The notes under the pieces: model-generated
Databases searched by the model: none
Seen by the model: only the letters and a program-made list of their open reading frames with translations
Told to the model about the DNA's origin: nothing
Shown here: positions 1 through 9,061 of the stretch, piece after piece
Position numbering within the stretch: the stretch's first letter is position 1
Layout: each line of letters opens with the position of its first letter
Made by a program: the position numbers and the translations under genes
Origin: Cyanophora paradoxa CCMP329
Lineage: Eukaryota > Plantae > Glaucophyta
NCBI GenBank assembly: GCA_004431415.1
Contig: QPMI01000299.1
Coordinates: 1 to 53,739 of the forward strand
Direction: 5' to 3'
Length of the DNA stretch: 53,739 nucleotides

Positions 1-325
1 TCACGTACGAGATCGCCGCCGCCTCGGGCAGCGGCGAGGCCGACATCACCCTCCACTCCGACGAGCCCCAGGCCCGCCCCCGCCCCCGCCCCCGCCCCCG
101 CCCCACGCCTCCACCCGCGCCACGCGCCTTTATCTTGCTCTGCCACGCGCCTTTATCTTGCTCTGGATCGAAACGTCTGTGCCTGACGCTGGCCCCCCGC
201 GCGCGCAGGTGCGGCTGGCGATGGTGATCCACAAGGACCGCATCCCGCGCATCCGCGAGCGGCTCGAGGCGCTCTTCCCCAACGCAGCCCCCGACGACGA
301 GGAAGGCGGCGACGATACGAGATGA
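1..325 (+). CDS. 3' end of an unidentified protein-coding gene (partial, 2 exons)
   Basis: Exon ...TYEIAAASGSGEADITLHSDEPQ, then a GC-AG intron 72-208 with a CTGAC branch site, then exon 209-325 VRLAMVIHKDRIPRIRERLEALFPNAAPDDEEGGDDTR*. High GC3 codon usage. Confidence 0.7.
   Translation, partial: HVRDRRRLGQRRGRHHPPLRRAPGPPPPPPPPPPHASTRATRLYLALPRAFILLWIETSVPDAGPPRAQVRLAMVIHKDRIPRIRERLEALFPNAAPDDEEGGDDTR
119..165. repeat. 23-bp perfect tandem duplication inside an intron
   Basis: GCCACGCGCCTTTATCTTGCTCT at 119-141 and again at 142-164. Confidence 0.9.
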
Positions 326-657
326 TCATGTAATTACAATAAGCAATTCACTGCACAGATTCGCGCGCTCCCTTGCTGAAGTAGCACAGGCCACGGACGT
401 GCGCGCGCGCGCGCGCGTCTAGCGCTAGCTAGCGCCAGCTACGATCTGGCTCTGGCCTAAGCTTCGCGCGCGCATGCGTATATTAGCGCTGCAGCTGCGC
501 TGGTTAAATGGCGCTGCATGAAAGCGACTTAGCTGGACCGATCGGCGAGCTCGACCTAGGAGCCGCGCCTTCGTTCGCATCCGGCGTTAGTGGTACCTGT
601 CGTCCTGGGTTCGAATCCTGGGAGATTTCAGCTAGAGTCGGCGCTGCGCGGCCAGGA

Positions 658-3477
658 ATGGCGGGTGCGTGGTCCCATCGCACACATAGCGTGACGAATG
701 GACGATTTCTAGAACTGCTGGTTCGGAGCTCTGCGCACTGCCGCGAAAACGAACTTTTTCCCCGACGCCGCGGCCGCGGACGACGCTGACGTGTTTTTAC
801 TTTCGCTGCAGACCCTTTCAACCCATTCGGTGACCCAGTGCCGGCAGCCGCGCCGGCATTTCCGACGAGCTCGCCGCCACCCTCGACAGCGGCCGCACCA
901 GCGCACGGCTTCGTCGACAACCCATTCGCAGACACAGCTCCTGCAGCAGCGCAGCCGTTCGATGCACTTTCCAGCCAGTTCGCGGCAATGAGCACGGGCT
1001 CCTCTGGCGGCATTCCGCACAACCCGTTCGCCGAGCCGCCGACACAGAGCCCGCCGACGTCCGCGCCGAACGCAGGCGATCCATTCGGCTTCTACGGTAG
1101 TTCTTCCGGCGCGCAGTCGCCGTCCCCGTCGGCCTCCCCGCCAGCGATGCCGGCCGCGGCGAACCCATTCCCGTCATTCCCGGCGGCGCCGTGGGACCCG
1201 TTCGGCGCGCAGCCGACGACGGGGTCGCCGTTCGACGTGGCGTCGCCAAGCGCGGCGGCGGCGGGCCCCTCGCAGGCCGCGTTCGACAGCTTCTTCGCGG
1301 CGCAGGCCAGCTCGCCCAAGGCCGCTGCGGACCCGTTCGCGCCCCCGCCGGCCGCTCCGGCGGCTTCCCCGTCGCCCACCGGCGAGGGTGACGAGGAGAA
1401 GAAGAAGGAGAAGGACAAGGAGAAGGGCAAGGAGGGCGAGAAGAAGGAGAAGGGGGACGGGAAGCCGCGGGCGCCGCGCGTGGTGGCCGTCTTCAACGCG
1501 GAGGGGGCGTTCGCGCGTGACGGGTACGAGGTGGTGGCCGAGATGGAGGACGCGCCGGAGCGGTCCTTCCCCGTGCAGGTCGCCGTTGGCGAGAACCACG
1601 CCCTCGTCCTCCTCGGTCCGCCCCGCCCCCGCCCCGCCCCGCCCCGCCCCGCCCCGCCCCCGCCCCGCCCGCCCCGCCCGCAGCGCGCGCCTCACGCCGC
1701 GCAGACTGCGGCGTGATCTACGGCCTCGGCGGCTTCGACAAGGGCCGCCCTCGAGGCCTCATCCCGAGCCCCATCAAGGGGACCCGCAAGCTCACCATCA
1801 TCCAGGCGCGCCCCGCCCCTCGCCCGGCTGGCCCGGCGCCTCACGCGGCGGCAGGTGGCGTGCGGCTCGTTCCACTCGGCGGCCCTCACGGAGGACGGCC
1901 GCGTCTTCACGTGGGGCCGCAACGGTGCCCCGTCGCCGCGCGCCGCCGCGCCGCGCCGGCCGCTGACGAGGGTGGGCAGACTACGGGCAGCTGGGGCTGG
2001 GCGACTCGGCGAGCAGCCGGCCGGTGCACGAGCCGACGTGCGTCGAGCGGCTGGAGCGGCGCAAGGTGCGCCAGATCGACTGCGGGCATCAAACGACCGC
2101 CGCCCTCGCCGGTGCCGCCCCGCGCCCCCCGCCGCCGCACGTAGCCTTGCCGGCCGACGCGGGGGCAGACGACGGGCGCCTCTACACGTGGGGCGACAGC
2201 TCGCGGGGCCAGCTCGGCCACTTCGGGTGCGGCGTGGCCGGCCGGGGCGGCAGGGGCCGGCCGGGGGCGGCAGGGGCCGGCGCGTGACGCGCCCCGGCGC
2301 GCAGGTCGCTGAAGAAGGGGGACAACGGGATTCCGGGCCCCGTCGTCGTGAAGGAGACGGTCACCAAGTTCGCGTGCGGCTTCGAGCACATGGCCTGCGT
2401 CACCTGTGCGCCGCGCCGCGGGGCGGCGGGGCGGGGCGGCGCGCGGGGCGGGGGGTGAGGCGGGGCGCAGCGGACAACCATGTGTGGAGCTGGGGCCGGA
2501 ACGGCCTGCCGAAGTACGACTCGTCGAAGATCATGCACAAGTTCGTCAACTACGACGAGTCCTTCCGCCCCATGAAGGCCCGCCCGGCCCCGCGAGCCCC
2601 GCCCCCGGCCCCGGCCCCGCCCCCGCTGAGGCGCGCGCAGGTCACGCCGCACCACATCACCCAGAAGATCCTCTACATGTCCGCCGGCGGCTGCCCCGAG
2701 ACCAAGGGCCACACCGTCATCGTCTGCGACTCCCACCGCGGTGCCCCCCGCGCCCCGCCCGCCCCGCCGCCCGGCCGACGCCCCCGCAGGCTGCGTGTAC
2801 GGCTTCGGGCGGGGGTACGACGGGCAGCTGGGGCGCGAGCACCGGGAGACGCGCCGCGTGCCCATCAAGCTCCTCGGGCGCGCCCCGCCGGCCCCCTCTG
2901 CCGCTCCTCGCCCGCTGACGCCGCGCAGGCTCTCGAACGACATGAACGGGCGCATCGTGCAGGTCAAGTGCCACCGGAAGAGCACCTACTTCCTCACCGG
3001 CGCGCCGCCCCCGCGCAGCGCCTCGCGGGGGGCGGGGCGAGCGTGGGGGGCGGGGCGCAGAGAAGGGGGAGGTGCACCAGTACGGGCAGGCGGACTTCAC
3101 GATCCCCGAGAAGATGTCCGTCTGCTACCTCGAGCGCTCCGAGGCCCTCGGCGTCTGCCTCATCGGCCCGCCCCGCCCGCCCGCCCGCCCGCCCCGCCCG
3201 CCCTGACGCCCGCGCAGACAACCCGTACCTGACGGGGACGGGGCCGCCGCCGTCGACGGAGAGCGACGAGGAGAAGCGGGAGGTGCGGGCGCGGGAGCGG
3301 GAGGAGCGGCGGGAGCGGGAGCGGAAGCAGGCGCGGGACGGCTCGCGCTCGAGCTCGGGCTCGCGCTCGCCGCCCCCGAAGTCCTCCTCCAAGAAGGACC
3401 TCGCCAAGTCGGCCTCCAAGAAGGAGAAGGAGGCCCCCGCCCCCGCCCCCGCCCCCGACGTCGACCTCCTCTCCTAG
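658..3477 (+). CDS. RCC1-repeat beta-propeller protein with an N-terminal NPF/DPF-motif low-complexity region (multi-exon)
   Basis: ATG 658 plus intron 665-811 gives MADPFNPFGDP.... Repeated NPF/DPF motifs follow, then RCC1 repeats VQVAVGENHALVLL, VACGSFHSAALTEDGRVFTWGRN|DYGQLGLG and IDCGHQTTAALA|DDGRLYTWGDSSRGQLGH. Ends DVDLLS* at 3475-3477. Confidence 0.85.
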
Positions 3478-3685
3478 CCCGCCCGCCCCCGCCCCCGCCC
3501 CCGCCCCCGCCCGCCCCCACTTGCTGCTTCGCTTCTCATTTCATGCACCTGCTCCCACGACGCTCTCCCGGCCCCCCTCGCCGAAGCCAGGCGCTCACGG
3601 GAGATGCGTACGCGCTGCGGCAGCTGCAGGCCACTGTCACGACCACGAGAGATTCTTCGACTGAAGAGGCGGGCGGGGGGCGAGG

Positions 3686-5628
3686 TCAGTCGTCGAGGCG
3701 GGGCTGGGCGTCGGCGTCGGGGTCGTCGAGGGCGCCGGGGGCCCCCGCGAGGAGCGCCCCCTCCTCCCCGTGCCCGTCGTACAGCAGCTCACCGTCCCCC
3801 GCGGCCGCGCCCTCCCCCTCGCCCTCCTCCCCCGCCGCCTGCAGCGCCTCCTCCCGCATCGCCGCCCCGTAGCTCTTCGCCACCGCCGCCCCCGGCCCCG
3901 CCCCGACGACGAGCCCGCCGCCGGCGCGGGGGCCGCGCCCGCCGCCGCCGAGGAGGACGAGGAGGCGGCTGGGGCCGACGAGGAGGAGGCGGCGGGTGCC
4001 GCGGAGGAGGAGGAGGAGGCAGGGGCGGGGGCGGGGGCGGGGGCGGGGGCGGGGCTCTGGGCGGGGAGGAGGCGGCAGCCGCCGGGGAGGAGGGCGCCGG
4101 GGGCGGCGGGGCCGGAGGAGGGGCCGCAGGAGAGGGTGGCGGCGAAGTTGTAGAGGTACTTGACGGTGACGGGGCCCTCGAGGGGCGCCCCCGAGGGGTC
4201 GGGGAAGTGGAGGGGGAAGGGCAGCCGCGAGAGGTCCACGATGACCTCCTTGGCGGGGCCCACGGGGCCCCCCGCCGGCCCCTCCCACGCCACGTTCACC
4301 TTCGGCGGGATCACCCGCTGCCGGCCCCCGTCAGCCGCCGCCGGGGCGGGGAGGGGCGGGGCGGGGCGGGGCGGGGCGGGGCGCACGACGGGGACGTCGG
4401 GGACCTTGACGACCTGCATCTCGGGCATCTGCAGCACCACCTGCCTGCACCGCCCCGCCCCGTCGGCCGGGCCGGCGTCGCGCGCGGCGGGGCGCGCACT
4501 GCTGGGGCACGTCGACGGTGATCGGCTCCACGCCCCCGACGGCCGCCCCCGAGGCCCGCGCCTCCGCGTGCACGCTCGGCGCCTGCGGCGTCACCTTGAC
4601 CTGCGCACGGCCTCAGGGGCGCCACCCGAGCTCGCCGAGGCCGAGGCGCGCAGACCTGCACGTTGGGCCCCGCGATTTCCGTCGCCGGCTTGTCGTAACC
4701 TGTGGTCGCCATCGCCGGCTTCTGCACGAGCACGCGCACATCCTAGGGCAGGAGCAGCCCGTCAGCAGGAGCCCTGAAGCTCTGGAGCTGGTCGGGGCGC
4801 ACCTGCGGCTTCGCTTCCACCGCCGTCGCGCCGCCGCCGGCCGCCGCCTCCACCCGGGGCGCCTCCGCCCGCACGCTCACCGACGTCGCGGGGGCCAGCA
4901 CCGGCGCAGCCGAACCCGCCTTGAAGAAGATTTGCGGCTCCGGCACCTTCACCTGCCGGCGACATCGGCCGCGGGGCCCGCGGCGGCGCGGTGCGGGGCG
5001 CGAGCGGACTGTGATCGGCGACGAGGGGACGGGCACGTGGATGCCCTTCTCCAGTGCCGGGAGGCGGACGGAGATGGGGCCGGGCTTCACCACGACCTCG
5101 GGCTTCCCGAGTTCGACCTGCGCAGTGCTGTCGTTCAGATGCCGCACGCCCCGCGGTCTAGTGCGGCGAGGCTCTCACGTTCGTCACGGGCGAGTCGGCG
5201 TACGTCGCGGCGACGCCGGGCCGCCCCACCGTCACGCCGGTTGTGATCGTTGTCTGCACCGGCGCCCCGGCCGCCTCCACTGCGTGCCACCGAGTTGGGA
5301 ACGGGCATGGTCTCCGGCGAGCGGGCGGCGGGGCTGGCACCTTTAACGTCGACCGGAGCTTGGCTGACCTTCACCTCCGCGGCCGGAACCTGCGCTCAAG
5401 CGTCGGCCAGGGGCCCGCAGGCGCGCGGCGTTCGGGCCGCGGGCCGCGCACCGTGACGGCCTTGCCCACAGAGGTCTTGAACTCTACCGACGGGGCATCC
5501 TGTGTGAGCAGCACTTGCTGGCTCGGTATCGGCGGGACTGTTGCCGCCAGCTTGGGCGCATTGGCTGGCTTCGGCGGGTCGGCTGCCATCGACTTGGGCG
5601 CATTGGCTGGCTTCGTCGCGTCTGCCAT
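3686..5628 (-). CDS. Val/Pro/Ala-rich low-complexity protein A (articulin/epiplastin-like; paralog of 9062-12606)
   Basis: Starts MADATKPANAPK.... Exons include VPAAEVKVSQAPVDVK, VELGKPEVVVKPGPISVRLPALEKGIHVPVP and VKVPEPQIFFK, with an acidic C-terminus ...AQPRLDD*. The exons align with the plus-strand paralog. Confidence 0.7.
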
Positions 5629-5688
5629 ATAGATGCAGACAGCCGAATCGCGCGAGTTCGGCAACGTGTGCCGCGTTCCAACACCTCC

Positions 5689-5752
5689 TGTTGCCACTCC
5701 ACTACGTACCCTTTTGCACCACGTAGCAGAATCGAGTTGGACGGGCCTATTA
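5689..5752 (+). repeat. Left terminal inverted repeat of element 1 (64 bp)
   Basis: TGTTGCCACTCCACTACGTACCCTTTTGCACCACGTAGCAGAATCGAGTTGGACGGGCCTATTA, the exact reverse complement of 8917-8980. Confidence 0.95.
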
Positions 5753-5951
5753 GCACTCAGGCAAGGCTCAGGAGCAATCTTCGCACAGGGGGCCCAAGCA
5801 TGCGCCCTCGCGCGACGACGAAGCCAGCACTCAGGCTCCCCCGTGCGTTCCCGTGCTTGGGCACGGTCTGGGTACTATTTGGGCATGTCGCGTCCTTGGT
5901 CGTGCTGCACTCTCGTGCCCAAACGTGCCCAATCGTGCCCCAACGTGCCCC

Positions 5952-6655
5952 ATGGTTCTCCCGACGAAATCTGATTCCGGAGCGTCGCTGTTGCAGGCGA
6001 GAGAAGGGAGGCACTACGACTTCAACACGATGGACCCTACAGGGTGCTTTCTTCGGTCCGCCGTGCCTTCTTTCTGCCCGACTGACATGTCAGACGCAGA
6101 AAAACGTGGCGGGATCGGTTCCCCCTGTAGAGATCGTCCCAGCCTTGCGGCAAGCCGGAGCCCAGAGGGCGACATTCTGTACATGATCGACGTGTACACC
6201 GGCCGGTACGGGGGCCCCGTCGACCTGGTCGACGATTCCCGCGGCACCACGCAGTCTCTCTTCATCTGCTGGACGGTCAGCTTGGATGGTATGAGGACGA
6301 CTGGGCATATGCCCCTGTCGTTCAGGGGGCAGAGATCACGACGCTCGAGTGCGAGTTCGATGCCGAGCACGCGGATTCCAAGGTGCTCAACTCCAAGAAA
6401 ACACCTCCGGCGGTGAGAGCACTGCTCCTCTTATCTCTCCTTTCATTTCTTAGCGAATCCCAGTTCAAGTACTTCCTCTGCATACGGGAGACGGTCAAGT
6501 CCAAGAGCACATACAAGCAGGGCCACATCTTCCCCAAGTGCAACAAGCACGGCGATCCGCCGTCGGGCTGCCTAGGGGTGTACGGGATCAAGCAGCTCAT
6601 TCAGGACACCGCAAAGCTAGCTGCGGCCCAAAAAAAGGCGGCGGCGGCAAAGTAG
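5952..6655 (+). CDS. Hypothetical spliced cargo protein inside element 1 (start uncertain)
   Basis: Frame is kept across GT-AG introns: ...SPEGDILYMIDVYTGRYGGPVDLVDDSRGTTQSLFICWT|GAEITTLECEFDAEHADSKVLNSKKTPPA|FKYFLCIRETVKSKSTYKQGHIFPKCNKHGDPPSGCLGVYGIKQLIQDTAKLAAAQKKAAAAK*. Confidence 0.55.
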
Positions 6656-7266
6656 ATCAGTGTCTATCTCCTAGTAGCAGTCCTAGTAGCTCTACTAGCA
6701 TTGATAGTGTTGCTCTATTAGGGTTTTTGCAGCGTATCTTCCTTAGAATTGGGTCGTGCACTGGTCGTGCCCGGCTCGTGCCCAAACATGCCCAAATGTG
6801 CCCCGTCATGCCCAAACCGACTTGATCCTGAATTTAGCAGTGATTGACGTCGCGGAGCACGATTGCGCATTGAACTGCACATTTGCCATGTGAACTTAAC
6901 AGTATTGATATTTTACAACGTTTTGATGAAGAAAGGCGATGCGAAGAACTTCAGCATGACATGTTCCGCGTCGCTCAGAAGTCTGACCATCGGACTCGCA
7001 TCATGATGTGAAGCCAAGGGTCATGAACTCATGATGAGGCCCGGCCTCGAAGACCTGAAGCAGTTCCGACCCGTCCGAGAGGCCGCACAAGTTGAATTTG
7101 AGAATGCTGAAGCCTTGTTTAACTCGTATTCATGAAGCTTCATGGTTCGCTCCCTCTTTACCGGTTTCTGCTACTTGCTCGTGCCCACGTCATGCCCAAT
7201 CGTGCCCAAGTACGTGCCCAGACGAAGTTCGGACATGCTCAAGGAGGGCACGACTCGGAAACTCTT

Positions 7267-8785
7267 TCACAACGAAAGGCTATTCCAAAATCGATCGTCC
7301 AGGGCACGCGGATCGCAGTCCTTCACGCTGATGGATACCAGCTGCGCGCCCAACGTGAGCTCCATTGTCGTGTCCAAATGGTGCTCAAAACCATACCCAA
7401 ACGTGCCTCGCGGGGCACGTTTGAGTATGATTTGGGCACGTCGGAGCATGGGGTTTGGGTATGACAGAGACGCACGTCGCCGACTGCAAGGTTGGCGATC
7501 TCCCCGGCTCTCTTGCGGGCGAAGTCAATCATCCTGTTCCTGTACGCCGAGAGACGATCGTTCAGGACCCCTACGTAAGCCTTGTACTTCTCGTGCTCCT
7601 TCTGCGGGAACAATGTCAGTGCCGACAGCCATTAACGTAAACAGGACATAGCGAACCATGAAAGCGATCGGCATCCCCTCGATGGTGCCACGACGGAAGC
7701 CGCCTTTGAGATGGCGCTCTGCGGAGTCCAAGTACTGCTCCGATTCCTTAGATTCCTCCTCCTCCATGTCCTTCACATACTTGTCCCAGAGGATCTGCTG
7801 CTTGTCGGTGGGCACCCAGCTGTCCCGGGCAGCTGCAGCCTCAACATCTTCGTCCGTGCCGACATCGACAGTGATTCCCGCATCCTGCACGACGGGCATG
7901 GGAGGGAGCAGCATCAAAGCGTTCAAGAAGGCCTAGGGAGGTGTGCACCTTCATGAGCTCCTGGAGCGTAGTGCCCTGCACGACCTCCCGCTCGTTGTAG
8001 ACACGATCAGAGGAGGCGGGAGCCAGGTTTCCGAATCGCTCGGACGGATCTCTGTTGAACATGACCTTGAAAGGCGTCTGCTTGTGCCCCTTGGTGAAGA
8101 TGGATGTGTTCATCTGCCACTGGACCTGTGCCTGGGTTGGTTGCAGGGCGCGAGCATGTCGGCACGGTCATACCGGGCCCAGGGCGGACACCCAGTCTTT
8201 CGTTCCGTTGAAGAAGCAGTACGCAGTGACTCGGCGGCCGAGCGTCCGGTTCGCGCGCTCCACAGAACCTGCAAAACACGGTCATACCCGAACATGCTCA
8301 AACATGCTCGGCACGTGCTCAAAAAGATCGTTGGGCACGATTGAGCATGATGTTGGGCATGTCGCGGGCATGACGCTGGGCGCTGCGCCGCCGTCCGAGC
8401 CGTCCGATTGCCGCTGGGTCGCAGCAGTTGGTGCCCTACGCTGCTCCGGAGGGACGACATACGCGCCAGGCGGCGGGCCAGCTGCTGCCGTGCTGTTCCC
8501 GCCACCATTGCTTGAACTGCTCGAAGGCCCCGCGCGTGCCTGCTGGAGCTGATCTAAGAGAGATCTAGCAAGATGCCCGCCAGGACAATGGCCGCGGTGG
8601 CCCTCCTTGTGATCGCAGTCGCAGCTCGAGAACGACGAGATCAGCTGCTCGATGTGGCAGGTACACTTGCGGCCGCACCACGCGCGACCCGCGAGCACAG
8701 CTGTCTGTAGCGCGAAGCTGCAGAAGACGCAGAACTGCAGAATCTGGCCGGCCGCCTGAATCTCCTCCGGCGACAGGCCCAACAT
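7267..8785 (-). pseudogene. Incomplete integrase/transposase gene of element 1: N-terminal Cys/His domain plus the C-terminal half of the DDE integrase (lacks HHCC and both catalytic Asp)
   Basis: ATG 8785 gives MLGLSPEE...FCVFC...WCGRKC...SCDCD...HRGHCPG. Exon 8268-8174 reads (G)SVERANRTLGRRVTAYCFFNGTKDWVSALGP, followed by VQWQMNTSIFTKGHKQTPFKVMFNRDP and LAVGD|LVSISV. These match the motif order of KRBA2/SCAND3/Ginger2-type integrases. Confidence 0.85.
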
Positions 8786-8916
8786 CGCTGCAGCTGTCTG
8801 GGCTCTAACACCTGTCGTGCCCAACACAAAGCTTACGTGCCCAAGCCTTTGGGCACGACGCGCCCTAGCCCCGACGTGCCCAAAGCGGATTTGGGCACGG
8901 GGCCCCGGCAATCATG

Positions 8917-8980
8917 TAATAGGCCCGTCCAACTCGATTCTGCTACGTGGTGCAAAAGGGTACGTAGTGGAGTGGCAACA
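8917..8980 (-). repeat. Right terminal inverted repeat of element 1 (64 bp)
   Basis: Reverse complement of 5689-5752, followed directly by the TSD CCTCC. Confidence 0.95.
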
Positions 8981-9061
8981 CCTCCGCGGCGTGGATCAGA
9001 CTGGGGTACAGCGCGCTCTTACACCAGAGGCCAGCGGCACCGCCGCGGTTCGCTTGCGGCC

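Larger units (their letters stand above)
5689..8980 (-). mobile_element. Ginger2/Tdd-like TIR DNA transposon, element 1 (internally deleted integrase plus cargo gene)
   Basis: Perfect 64-bp TIRs with TGT...ACA ends and a 5-bp target-site duplication CCTCC (5684-5688 and 8981-8985). Retroviral-type integrase exons on the minus strand. Lower GC than host genes, with GTGCCC/GGGCAC arrays. Confidence 0.92.

Noticed and set aside
580-625. tRNA-like A box (GGCGTTAGTGGTA) and B box (GGTTCGAATCC)
   Set aside because: The spacing is too short to include an anticodon arm, the T-stem pairs poorly and no acceptor stem is evident. At most a tRNA-derived remnant in a promoter.
5859-5951. CRISPR-like spaced repeats in the GTGCCC and GGACAC clusters
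   Set aside because: The units are only 6-10 bp, irregularly spaced and in both orientations. The context is eukaryotic and there are no cas genes.
5689-8980. LTR retrotransposon or Polinton interpretation of the integrase elements
   Set aside because: The termini are inverted, not direct, repeats. There are no gag, RT, RNase H, protease, polB or capsid motifs, and the genes contain introns.
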